Positions 1 to 13,140 of a stretch of DNA of 64,000 nucleotides are shown piece after piece. The stretch's first letter is position 1. Each line of letters starts with the position of its first letter. The notes beneath the pieces were generated by a model that saw only the letters and a program-made list of their open reading frames with translations, searched no databases and was not told the DNA's origin. Made by a program: the position numbers and the translations under genes. Source of the stretch: Lama glama (Eukaryota); NCBI GenBank assembly GCA_028534125.1, contig CM052817.1, positions 99,884,001-99,948,000 of the forward strand, read 5' to 3'.

Positions 1-3000
1 AACAGTAATAGTAGGGGACTTTAACACCCCATTAACATCATTGGACAGGTTTTCCAGACAGAAAATCAATAAGGCAACAGAGATACTGACACAATAGAAC
101 AGTTAGACTTAGTTGATATTTTCAGGACATGACATCCCCCCAAAACAGGATATACATTATTTTCAGGTACATATGGAACATTCTCTGGGATAGACAACAT
201 ACTCGGGCACAGAAGAACCCTCAGCAAACTTAAGAGGATAGAAATTATTTCAAGCATCTTTTCTGACCACAATGGCATGAAACTAGAAATCAGCCACAGA
301 AAGAAAAATGAGAAAAAAATGACTGCGTGGAGACTAAACAACATGCTACTGAAAAAACCAATGAGTCAATTATGAAATCAAAGAAGAAATTAAAAAATAC
401 CTTGAGACAAATGACAATAAAAACACAGTGACACAAAATCTATAGGATGCAGCAAACACAGTTCTAAGAGAGAAGTTCAAAACAAGAGCCTTCCTCAAAG
501 AACAAGAGCTATCTCAAATAAACAACCTAACCTACCATCTAAAAGAACTGGAAGAACAAACAAAACCTAAAGTCAGCAGAAGGAAATAAATAATAAAGAT
601 AAGGGAGGAAAAAAGTAAAAGAGATTTAAAAAACAATGGAAAAAAATCAATCAAACCAAGAGCTGGTATTTTGAAAGAGCAAACAAATTAGACAAACCCT
701 TTGGCCAGGCTTACCAAGAAGAAAAGAGAAAGGACACAAGTAAATAAAGTAAGAAAGGAAAATGGAGAAATTAGAACCAACACCACAGAAATAGAAAAAA
801 ACCATAAGAGAATACTATGAACAATGATATGGCAACAAATTGGACAACTAGCAGAAAGAGAAAAGTTTCTAGAAACATGCAGTCCACCAAAACTGAATCA
901 AGAAGAAATAGATCATTGGAACAGACCAATCACTAGAAGTGAAACAGAATCAGCAATAAAAAGCCTCCCTGCAAGCAAAAGTTCAGTACCAGATGGTTTC
1001 ACTAGAAAATTCTACCGAACATACACAGAAGAACTCATACTGATCTTTCTCAAACTCTTCCAAAAAATTGAAGAGGAGGGAACACTCCCAGACACATTCT
1101 ATGAAGCCACCATTACCCTGATACCAAAGTCAAACAAAGACACTACCAAAAAAGAAAATTACTGGCTAATATCGTTGATGAATATAGATGCAAAAATCCT
1201 CAACAAAATATTAGCAGATACAGTCCAACAACACATAAAAAAGATCATACACTACAATCGAGTTGGATTCATCCTAGGGTGATAAGGATGGTTCAACATA
1301 TGCAAATCAATCAACGTTTGACACCTCAACAGAAGAAAGGATAAAAATCACATGATCATCTCAATAGATGCAGAAAAAGAATTTGATAAAATTCAACACC
1401 CTCTTATGATAAAAACTCTTACCAAAGTGGGTATAGAGGAAACATATAGCAACATAATAAAAGCAATTTATGAAAAACCCACAGTCAACATAATATTCAA
1501 CAGTGAAATGTTAAAAGCTTTCCCACTAAAATTTGGAATAAGACAAGGATGTCCACTCTCACCACTTGTATTCAACATAGTATTGGAAGTCCTAGCCACA
1601 GCAATCAGACAAGGAAAGGAAATAAAAAGGATGCAAATTGGAAGAGAAGAGATAAAATTGTCACTATGTGCAGATGTCATGACACTGTACATAGAAGACC
1701 CTAAAGGCCCACACAAAAACTGCTAGAGCCAATAAAAGAATTCTGCAAGGTAGCAGGATACAAGATTAACATACAGAAATCAGTGGCATTTCTTTACACT
1801 AACAATGAAATACCAGCAAAGGACAGTAAAGAAACAATTCTTTTTAAAATTGCATCCCCAAAAGTAAAATATTTAGGAATAAACATAACCAAGGAGGTGA
1901 AAGACTTATACATGGAGAACTACAAAACATTGATTAAGGAAATTAAAGGTGATTTAAAGAAATTAAAACCTATCCCATGTGCTTGGATTGGAAGAATCAA
2001 TATTGTTAAAATGGCCATACTGTCCAAAGCAATCTACAGATTTAATGTGATCCCTATCAAATTACCCAGAACATTTTTCACAGAATTAGAACAAATAATC
2101 CTAAAATTTATATGAAACCACAAAACATGCAGAATTGCCAAAGCAACACTGAAGAAAAAGAACAGAGCTGGAGAAATAACCCTCCCAGACTTCATATAAT
2201 ACTACAGAGCTACAGTAATCTAAACAGCAGCTGTATTGGCACAAAAATAGAGATATGGGTCAATGGGACAGAATAGAGAGCCTAGAAATAAACCCACAGA
2301 CTTATGGTCAATTAATCTTCAACAAAGGAGGCAAGAATATACAATGGAGAAAACACAGTCTCTTTGGCAAGTGGTGCTGGGAAAACTGGATAGCAGCATG
2401 TAAATCAATGAAGTTAGAACACTCTCCCATACCATACACAAAAATAAACTCAAAATGGCTTAAAGACTTAAACATAAGACAAGACACTATAAACCTAGAA
2501 GAAAACATAGGCAAAACATTTTGGGACATAAATCTTAGTAATGTTCTCCTTGGGCAGTCTACTCAGGCAATAAGAATAAAAGCAAAACTAAACAAATGTA
2601 ACCTAGTTAAACTTACAACTTTTTGCACAGCAAAGGAAACCATAAACAAAATGAAAAGACAACTCAAGGAATGGGATAAAATATTTGCAAATGATGTGAC
2701 TGACAAAGGTTTAATTTCCAGAATATATAAACAGCTCATACAACTTAATAATGAAAGAAACAAACAACCCAAGGCAAAACTGGACAGAAGACCTAAGCAA
2801 ACATTTATCCAGTGAAGACATACAAATGGCCAATAGTCACAGGAAAAAATGCTCAATATTGCTAATTATCAGAGAAATGCAAGTCAAAACTACAATGAAG
2901 TGTATTACCTCAAACCAGTCAGCATGGCTATTATTGAAAAGTTCACAAGTAATAAATACTGGAGACGGTGCGGAGAAAAGGGAACCCTCCTACACTGTTG

Positions 3001-3720
3001 ATAGGAATGTAGTTGGGTGCAGCCATTATGGAAAAAAGTATGGAGATTGCTCAAAAACCTAAAAATTAACTTACCATATGATCCAGCAACCCCACTTCTG
3101 GGCATATATCTGGAGGGAACTCTAATTTAAAAAGATACATGCCCCGATGCCCCCCAGTGTTCATAAGCACAGTTTACAATAGCCAAGACATAGAAACAAC
3201 CTAATGTCCATTGACAGATGACTGGATAAAGAAGTTGTGGTATATTTATACAATGAAATACTACTCAGCAATAAAAAAGAATGAAATAATGCCGTTTGCA
3301 GCAACATGGATGGACCTGGAGATCGTCAGTCTAAGTAAAGTAAGGCAGAAAGAGAAAGAAAAATACCACATGATATCACTTATATATGGAATCTTAAAAA
3401 AAAAATACAGAAATGAACTTATTTACAAAACAAAAACAGACTCACAGACAGAGAAAACAAACATATGGTTTCCAGGAGGGGAAGTGGGTAGGAAGGGATA
3501 AATTGGGAGTTTGAGATTTCCAGATACTAACTACTATATTTAAAATAGATAAACAACAGTTTTATAGTATATTGGACAGGGAACTATATTCAATTATCTT
3601 GTAGTAACCTATAATGAAAAAGAATATATAAAGAAATATATGTATGTATATGTATGACTGAAACATGCTGTATACCAGAAATTGACATAATATTGTAAAC
3701 TGACTATACTTCAATAAAAC
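1..3720 (+). mobile_element. LINE-1, decayed: ORF2 (late endonuclease, RT, C-terminal region) plus 3'UTR; extends left of the window
   Basis: ORF fragments 824-1282, 1352-1726, 1783-2115, 2255-2815, 2751-3062 and 3211-3501 translate to L1 ORF2 motifs ([33 protein letters not shown]). There are several stops and frameshifts, and the RT F/YADD motif reads CADV (1667-1678). AATAAA at 3713-3718. Confidence 0.96.
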
Positions 3721-6700
3721 AAGGAAATATTATACTGGACGTGCTATATTTCTGCTTTGAATTCTACCTCTCAGTTTTTAATGACAACTTATTCTTTTAT
3801 GTGGCAAGAATGGACAGAGTGTTCTTTTTCATCCCAAGCAGATGGAATTAAATCTGAGGGCATCTGTTAAGTGCATCTAAGTCCTTTCTACACTTTTGCA
3901 AATATTTACTATACATCTCTCTCTATCATTGTTTGTACCAGATGTGCTGTTATGCTGAACATGTGCTAATTTCATGTGCTTGGTTGTAGTTAGCATGTAG
4001 ATAATTTGAACATGTTTGCTTGTTAAAAATTTTCATGTCATTATATAGCTATTCTGTTTAATGGCTTTGAAAGATTCTTTCTCTGGAGAGAGCCAAACCA
4101 GAATGAATTATTTGTAATCGCCTTCTTTTGGCTGGCATGTTCTGCATTCTGTGTTGTGTCCTCTCAGTCATATCAGCCAGATTTAGGAGAGAAATCACAG
4201 GGGGCTCTGTTCAGACAGTTACTTGTATGATTCCCCCAGAGGCACTGGCTCTTTGATCTCCTACTAGTGTAGTTCTTCTGATCTTTTATTCTGGGAGGTG
4301 TTTGTATCTCTGTATGATAGATGTTTCACTGACCAAAGTAAATGGAAGAAAATTTTCTCCAGCCTTTAAATGTATTGCTTCCTTGTTCTTTCAAAAAACA
4401 CACTTTTCTTGGGTAAGAACATTTCAGAGGTGTTTGGCATCAAATCAACAGAATTATGGCCTTTAATGGAATTTGAAGCACTGAAAGTGGTTTGATTGGT
4501 GAGAATCTATTTTTATTTCTTTCTCCTTGACTGTACTCCCTTTTCACAGTAAGGAAACAAGCCTCCTCCTAGTCCTCTTTTTTTTTTTTTTTTTTTTTTT
4601 TGGAAACAGGAGTATGTGATTTCACTGAATTTTGTGCTTTGGCTCTTATTGTCACTTTCTCCCTTGAAGGAGAGGAAAAACTCCCAACTGTGTGCAGAGT
4701 AAATTAAATTATGAGGAAAATAGTCTGTGAAGTGAAACAAGATGAACTGAGGTTTTGGAACTGAATCTAAGCGTTGCCATGATGTTGTAGATAGACTAAC
4801 CATCATTCAGAAACATATTAGTCATTGTGATACACTGTTGTTTTGACTAATTACCCTGTAGGCTGGCTGGCAGACTGAATTGCTCAAGTCAGCTAGTAAT
4901 TTTGATCAAATCAACGAGTAATTATAGTTTTGTGCAGGCAACAAATATAGAATACTGATTATGTTAGACTAAAGAAGATGTTATTGTGATATAATCATGT
5001 AAAATATTTAACTCTAGCATTAGAGCAGTCCTTTACCTTTTTCTTGCTTTAGGGCGTAAGTTCTCAGAATACAGGATAGAAAAAGGTGTTGGCAACTTTT
5101 TCGAGAGGATAATTTTATTCTCTCAATGATCAATATAGAAACGTGAAAGGTCCTCTGGTGCTAAGGTAAAACCTTATATTTTAAATGTACTTTAATTATC
5201 ATAAGCATATTTTTGGAAGCCCTCAGGACTAAATATGGTCAGATTTAAAGCTTAACTTTCTCTTTAGATTTCTCACAGAAAGAACCTAGACATGAACAAT
5301 TCGTATGACAGAGCCAGAAGTTACTGTTGTTAATTTCCCTGTCAGTTTATTAGCTAAACACTAGAATTAGCATAACCAGGTCTACCTGAAAGCCAAATAC
5401 TTAGTGTATTTGTTTGCTTTCCATTCTGTCAGTATCCTTTCCCTCACTTTCTAGGAATCTTTTTCCAGAGTTTGCTGTTTATTACCGAATTGCTAATTGG
5501 CAATGTTTGTATGCTCTATTTGTGGGTGTAAATTTAAAACATTTTGGAAACAGAGACATGTTTACTTAATGGGAAAAAAAAATCTGTCTTTAATTTTATT
5601 TGAATTGTCTCCTGGATGGTTTGCCTATATTAGATTCCTTTTCCATGAAAGCAGGAAATAGAATTTACTTGGAACTTAGTGCAAATTTGCTGTATAATTA
5701 ATATTTGTGAAGCTCCTCTAGGGTAGTTATTCTGATGGAAGCTCCACTGTTGTGTAGTAACCTCATCCAGTGTGTATATCCTTGACCTCCCAAAAAAATC
5801 AGAGAAAGAGAGGGCAGTAGCTTAAAGGATTCAGATACTTGTGAGTTTATTCTTGGGGAATTGTAGGTGTACATACCTGCTGTTTCCTTATTGGTCTCTC
5901 TCTCTACCTGCCTCTTATAGTGTAAGTATCTCACTGTGCTGAAAGTCACTCTTGCATTTGAAGATACACGTTATTGTTTGTACAACCTGACCCCGAATGC
6001 CTACTGCTTTGTTGGATACCCAACTATTTCTTCAGCTTAATGAGAAAATGTCTGTTGGTTTCCAACAAGTGCCTTGCTAAGGGGTGTTCAGGAGTCATGT
6101 CTTGTCTTATGCCCTGATATTGGAACCTGTTCTCCAGATAAGTTCCATTCCAGTAGTATCGACTCAGATGATTAATTTTTGGTAATCCTGCAGGGCATAG
6201 AATGGGAATGAATTATTATGCATATATATGTTAATATTATGTAACATTATTCTTGCCAAAAGAGGAACGACCAGATTCCTCTTTTACTTCCCTACCTCTT
6301 CACAGATCCTTTAATTTTAAGTGGTTAATTAAAGTGCAGATCCTTTTCCGGGGAAAGTAGGAACCATTGTCTACTCTTCTTGCTCATAGTTTTCTACCTG
6401 AAGCACCAACTCTAGGGAGAAATAGTGCCAAATGCAAAATTTATCTGAAACAAAAGTCAGTTTAAAACATTGACTTTGATTTTTCTTTTCTTGCTTTTGC
6501 TTTCTTTTCCTTTCCTCTCTGTGCAAAACACATTGATACCCACATATAAATTTAGTAGAGAAGAGTTTTAATTAAAGAAGTACAGATAGCCTGAAACCAT
6601 TTTCGAGTCTGTGCCAGTCACTCTAGGGGCAAGTGTAGATAAATTGCAGCGGAATTTGGGAGAGTTGCAATCTACCCAGGTGTTTCTGGAGGCTTATAGA

Positions 6701-8069
6701 TAAATTAATGCCTTCTTTCCCATGAGGACAGCCTCTGCAGGTCTCCTTACGGGGCTGGCAGCCATCCAGTCAATAAGCCACCCTTGCTGAGACAGAGGAA
6801 CTGCTTAATGTAAGTCATTTCAGTTTTTACTTTTATTGCTTGGAAAGGCATCCCAGTAAGCCAAATGCTGGACCCCTAAGCAGAAATTAAGAACCTCCAT
6901 TATCCTTTGTTAATTGCACATTACACATGGTTCTATTGTGGAGTCTCTGAAAAGGTAGCAACTAAAGATTAGTATTTTCATCTGTGTGCAGAGCTAGACT
7001 TGTGTGTGTTTGTGTACATGGACGTGGATGCATTTCTGTGCATGAGAAGGCGGGGAGAGAGAGAGAGAGAAAATGCACCTGTCAGTGAGATAAAGCACTT
7101 CTCCTTTCTCAGGTAACGAGTCTCTTACCAGTTCTGTTTGAAGTCCACAGAATGATTTTGTGGCAAAATCAGGCTTCAGAGCAGTGAGACCTGATGGTAA
7201 TGAGTACAATATTTTTTAAAGAAAGTTAAAGAAACCTATTTACAGGTGCATAATGATCTTTAGTTTTCAGGGCAAATGTCAGTTTGAAAGAATAGGTTTT
7301 GTACAAATGGAAAAAAAATCCTATAATAAAGCCAAATAATTTTAAAAAGTGGTAGTGGGTAGTGGTGACACTGCTCAAGCATAACTACAGCAAATTGCAG
7401 TGCTGGACGCTTTTTTGGATATAAGAAATCTTCACTGTGAGCTATATTTACTTTGACTGATTTTGGTTTTTCTTTAAAAAAAAGTCCTTACAAATTACTG
7501 AGATCCTTACAGACCCCTGGGAAGCCCAGGGTTCCTCTGACTACATATGGAGAAACATGCATCTAGACTGACCAATATTTTGACAGAACATTAACCTTCC
7601 AGATTCCTAGAGCTGTGAATGTCATTAGCTGAAGGTAAACTGCCTACATTTAATTCAATAAATAGTATTGCACAATAATATTAAAATAAGCATTTTAAAA
7701 AAAGTGGTCCTTAAAAATAAGAGTACCACTCTTCTGAATTCTTCACGCTTTCCTAGTATGTCATTTTCATCTGTGTTTCTCCCATTGGCAGTTACCAACT
7801 TATAGGCTGCTGATGGAGTTGGTTTTCCTTTGCTTGTTTTCTATTAAATGCTTTTCAAGCCTTTTGTGGTCATTATAATTGATTCAAATAGCATATTACA
7901 TTAATGTAATCTTTTATCCGTACTCATATCCACCAGGCTGTATGGCCATTGTGCAGGCTTTTCCCTTTCCCAGAGAGACGAAGAAGAGGCTTCAAGTGCC
8001 CTGTAATTGCTACACTTGAGCTGGGCTTAGGTACTTTCCTTTTGTTTAGGATGTTCTTTTGCTTTTATT

Positions 8070-8380
8070 TTGTTAAATTAAAAAAATGTTTTCACTAAGT
8101 AGTTCATCATCATGGACCAAATTCAGAAAGTGAAGATTTAGGGACACAGTAAAAAGCAAGTTGCCCTGCCTCCCTGTTCCTAGCCACCCTGTGCCCCTCT
8201 GCTGAGGCAGCCAGCTCAAAGTCCTTGTGTGACTTCACATAGATGGGCTATGCTTTTACAAGCACACAGAGCAACACATTCCTTTCTTTCCTTACACAAC
8301 TGGTGATGTAATATACTTGCTGTTCTGTACATATCCTGGCAGCCTTTCCATATCAGTACATGCAGAGCTGCATCCTTTTT
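8070..8380 (-). mobile_element. Ancient L1 (L1ME/MC-like) 3' fragment, left half of the host element
   Basis: ttccatatcagtacatgcagagctgcatcctttttt resembles old L1ME 3' ends, and the similarity resumes at 17883. Confidence 0.55.
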
Positions 8381-8551
8381 TTAAATTAAAATAATTTTTT
8401 ATTGAAGTAAAGTTGATGTACAATATTATGTAAGTTACAGGTGTACAATATAGTGATTCACAATTTTTTAAAGATCCTGCTCCATTTATAGTTATTATAA
8501 AATATTAGCTATATTCCCTGTGCTGTACAATATATCCTTGTAGCTTATTTT

Positions 8552-9689
8552 TTAATATTTTTCTAATCTGATTTTTTTTAACATTTTTTATTGATTTATA
8601 ATCATTTTACAATGTTGTGTCAAATTCCAGTGTTCAGCTCAATTTTTCAGTCATTCATGGACATATACACACTCATTGTCACATTTTTTTTTCTGTGATT
8701 TATCATAACATTTTGTGTATATTNNNNNNNNNNNNNNNNNNNNNNNNNNNNNNNNNNNNNNNNNNNNNNNNNNNNNNNNNNNNNNNNNNNNNNNNNNNNN
8801 NNNNNNNNNNNNNNNNNNNNNNNNNNNNNNNNNNNNNNNNNNNNNNNNNNNNNNNNNNNNNNNNNNNNNNNNNNNNNNNNNNNNNNNNNNNNNNNNNNNN
8901 NNNNNNNNNNNNNNNNNNNNNNNNNNNNNNNNNNNNNNNNNNNNNNNNNNNNNNNNNNNNNNNNNNNNNNNNNNNNNNNNNNNNNNNNNNNNNNNNNNNN
9001 NNNNNNNNNNNNNNNNNNNNNNNNNNNNNNNNNNNNNNNNNNNNNNNNNNNNNNNNNNNNNNNNNNNNNNNNNNNNNNNNNNNNNNNNNNNNNNNNNNNN
9101 NNNNNNNNNNNNNNNNNNNNNNNNNNNNNNNNNNNNNNNNNNNNNNNNNNNNNNNNNNNNNNNNNNNNNNNNNNNNNNNNNNNNNNNNNNNNNNNNNNNN
9201 NNNNNNNNNNNNNNNNNNNNNNNCCCCCGGAGCTGCCTCTGTGCAGCCGCCCCCATCCTCCGCCCGGCTTGTGCAGCCTGGCCCTGCCCGCCGCTGCCGG
9301 CCCGCGTCTCAGGCTGGGTGTCGGGGGGACGCTCTGTGCCCGTTTAACTTAGTTCTGTCAGACAAGGGCTGCTCTGTACAGATCCGAGCCTCGGGGGCTC
9401 CCCCTCCGTCCCGCTGGCCTCTCAGTTGGAGAGGGGAGACCCAGGGAGCGAGCGCCAGTCCTCCTTTGCCGCTCCCTCCGTCCCGCGCTGCTTTGCCTTT
9501 TGTTCTTTCTTTTTTCCTTTTCTCCTACCAGATTTTTGGCGTCTTTATCTTTTGAAGAGGGCGATGTTCTGTCGGAGTTCTGCAGGTGCTGTGGTTGGCT
9601 GAGTGAGTCTGTAGATGTGGATCTTGGTGTATTTGTGGGAGAGGGTGACTTACAAGCATCCTTCTACTCCGCCATCTTGCCTCTTCTCC
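8552..9689 (-). mobile_element. Young L1: 3' end (8552-8723) and CpG-rich 5'UTR start (9224-9689), with the interior lost in the assembly gap
   Basis: A T-rich tail and L1 3' terminus lie left of the gap. A CpG-rich 5'UTR with a YY1 site (minus strand CAAGATGGCGG, 9669-9679) lies right of it. Perfect 17-bp TSD tccttgtagcttatttt at 8535-8551 and 9690-9706. Confidence 0.88.
8724..9223. other. Assembly gap, 500 N
   Basis: Run of exactly 500 n; the round number suggests a placeholder size. Confidence 0.99.
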
Positions 9690-9990
9690 TCCTTGTAGCT
9701 TATTTTATACCTAATAGTTTGTACCTTTTAATTCTCCACCTCTGTATTGCCCCTTCCCCTTCCTTCTCCCCATTGGTAACCTCTAATTGTTCTCTGTATC
9801 TGTGTTTGCTTCTTTTTTTTGGTTGTATTCACTAGTTTCTTGTATTTATAAGATGCCACATAAAAGTGATACCATACAGTATTTGTTTTTCTCTGTCTGA
9901 CTTCCTTCCATTAGCATAATATCCTCCAAGTCTATTCATGTTCCTGCAAATGGCAAAATTTCATACTTTTTAATGGCTGAGTAGTATTCC

Positions 9991-9992
<2 letters not shown>

Positions 9993-10034
<42 letters not shown>

Positions 10035-10044
10035 CGTGCGCACA
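9993..10044. repeat. (TG)17(CG)5 compound microsatellite
   Basis: Read directly; about 52 bp of alternating purine-pyrimidine inside the host L1 3' region. Confidence 0.95.
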
Positions 10045-12626
10045 AACCATATGTTTATTCATTTATCTGTTGATGGACACTTTGGTTGCTTCCTTATCTT
10101 GGCTGTTGTAAATTGTGCTGCTGTGAATGTTGGGGTGCATGTATCCTTTTGAATTAGTGTTTTTGTTTTTATTCGAATGTGTACCCAGGAGTGGAATTGC
10201 TGGGTCATATAGTAGTTTAATTTTAGTTTTTTGAGAAACCTCCGTACTGTTTTCCACAGTGCACCAATTTATATTCCCACTAACAGTGTATGAGGGTTCC
10301 CTTTTCTCGACAACCTTGCCAACATTTGTTATTTGTGTTCTGTTTGATGATAGCCATTCTGACAGGTGTGGGGTGACAATCTCATTGTAGTCTTGATTTG
10401 CATTTCCCTGATGATTGTCAGTGTTGAGCATCTTTTCATGTGCCTGTTGGCCATCTGCAGTTCCTCTGTAAAAATGTCTCTTCAGTTCTTCTGCTCATTT
10501 TTTAATTGGATTGTTTGTGTTTTTTGATGTTGAGTTGTAGGAGCTGTTAATATTTGTTGGACATTAACCCCTTATTGATCATATAATTTGCAAATATTTT
10601 TTCCCATTCTGTAGGTTGACTTTGTTTTGTTAATGGTTTCCTTTGCTGTGGAAAAGCTTTTAAGTTTAATTAGGTCCCATTTGTTTATTTTTGTTTTTAT
10701 TTCCTTTGCTCTAGGAAACAGATCCAAAAAATATTACTACGATTTATGTCAAAGAGTGCTCTGCTTATGTTTCCTCTAGGAGTTTTATGGTTTCCAGTCT
10801 TGCACTTAGTTCTTATATCCATTTTGACTTTATTTTTGTATATAGTGTTACAGAATGTTCTAATTTCATTCTTTTATGTGTAACTGTCCAGTTTTCCTAC
10901 TACCACCTATTGAAGAAACTTTTTTCTCCATTGTATATTCTTGCCACCTTTATTATAGAGTAATACCATAAGTATGTGGTTTTATTTCTGGGCTCTCTAT
11001 CCTGTTTCATTGATCTGTGTGTGTTTTTGTGCCAGTACCATACTATTATGATGTCTGTAGCTTTGAAATATAGTCTAAAGTCAGGGAGCATGATTCCTCC
11101 AAATCTGCTCTTCTTTCCCAAGATTGTTTTGGCTCTTTGGGGTCTTTTTTGTTGCCATACAAATAAAAAATCATTTGTTCTAGTTCTGTGAAAAATGTCA
11201 TTCGTATTTTGATCGAGATTGCATTGAATCTGTAGATTGCCTTGAGTACTATGGTCAGTTTTAACAATCTTAATTATTAATTTTTCCAATCCAAGAACAC
11301 AGCATATCTTTCCATCTGTTTATGTTGTCCTCAATTTCTTTGATCAGTGTCTTATAGTTTTTTGGGTACAGGTCTTTTACCTCCTTAGGTAGGTTTATTC
11401 CTAGGTATTTTGTTCTTTTTGATGCAGTGGTTAATGGGACTGTTTCCTTAATTCTTCTTTCTGGTTGTTCACTCTTAGTGTACAGAAATGCATCAGATTT
11501 CTATGTATTAATTTTGTATCCTGCAACTTTACTGACTTCATTGATGAGCTCTAGTAATTTTGTGGTGGTGTCTTTATGATTTCTGTGTATAGTATCATGT
11601 CATTGGTAAACAGTGACAGTTTTACTTCTTCCTTTCCAATTTGGATTCTGTTTATTTCTTTTTCTTGTCTGATTTGCTGTGGCTAGGACTTCTAATAGTA
11701 TGTTGAAAAAAAGTGGCATATTTGGGCATCTTTATCTTATTCCTGGTCTTAGAGAAAATGCTTTTAGCTTTCTGCTGTTGAGTGTGATGTTAGCTGTGGG
11801 TTTGTCATACATGACCTTTATTATGTTGAAGTATGTTCCCTCTGTGTCTACTTTCTGGGGGAGTTTTTAATCATAAATGGATGTTGAATTTTATCAAAAG
11901 CTTTTTCTGTAGCTGTTGAGATGATCATATGGTTTTTATTCTTCAATTTGTTAATGTGGTGTATCACATTGATTGGAATGTAGATATTTAAAAATTCATG
12001 CATCCTTAGGGTAAATCCCACTTGATCATAGTGTAAGATCCTTTAAACGTATTGTTGGATTCAGTTTGCAAATATTTGTTGAGGATTTTTGCATCTATGT
12101 TCATCAGTGATACTGATCTGTAATTTTCTTTTTTTCTTTTTTTTTTTTAATCTTTTTGTCTGGTTTGGTATCAGGGTGATGCTGGCCTCATAGAATGAGC
12201 TTTGAAGTGTTCATCCTTCTGCAACTGTTTGGAATATTGTGAGAAGGAGAGTGTTAACTCTTCTCTAAATGTTTGTTAGAATTCCCCCTGTGAAGCCATC
12301 TGGTCCTGGACTTTTATTTGTTGGGAGTTTTTAAATTACTAATTCAATTTCATTACTGGTAATTGGTTTGTTCATATTATCTATTTCTTCCTGGTTCAGT
12401 CATTTGAGATTATACCTTTCTAAGAATTTGTTCATTTCTTCTTGGTTTTCCATTTTATTGACATATAGTTGTTCATGGTAGTATTTTTATAGACATTTTT
12501 ATTTCTGTGTTGTCAGTTGTAACTCCTTTTTCAGTTCTAATTTTATTGCTTTGGGCCCTCTCCCTTTTTTTCTTGATGAATCTGGCTAAGGTTTATCAAC
12601 TCTGTTTACCTTTGCTAAGAACTATC

Positions 12627-13109
12627 TTTTTGTTTTTTTTTAAATTATTTTTTATTAAAGTATAGTTGATTTGCAGTGTTTCAGGTATATAGCAAAGAGA
12701 TACAGGTTTATATACATATATTCTTTTTCAGATTCTTTTTTATTACAGGTTATTGCAAGATATTGAATATAGTTCTCTGTGCTATCCAGTAGATCTTTGT
12801 TGTTTATCTATTTTATATATGGTAGTGTGTTTCTATTAATCCTAAATCCTTAATTTATCCCTCTGCCCCTTTTTCCCCTTTGGTAACCATACATTTATTT
12901 TATATGTTTGTGTGTCTATTTTTGTTCTGTAAATAAGTTCATTTGTATGATTTTTTAGATTCCACATATTAAGTGATATCATATGATATTTGTCTTTCTC
13001 TGTCTGACTTACTTCACCTAGTATGATAATCTCTAGGTCCACCCATGTTGCTGTAAATGGCATTATTTCATTCTTTTTATGGACGAGTATATATATAGAT
13101 ATGTGTGTA

Positions 13110-13140
<31 letters not shown>

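Noticed and set aside
824..3501. Active reverse transcriptase, retron-like or novel RT gene
   Set aside because: Ordinary L1 ORF2 broken by stops and frameshifts, with the catalytic motif mutated to CADV.
4577..4601. Poly-T run as the tail of a retrocopy
   Set aside because: No recognisable element body or convincing TSD adjacent.
9224..9500. CpG island as the native FHIP1A promoter
   Set aside because: It is bounded by an L1 5' terminus and TSD, so it belongs to the retrotransposon.
8617..9555. Long ORFs of 312, 201 and 210 aa
   Set aside because: They are open only because they read through the 500-N gap.
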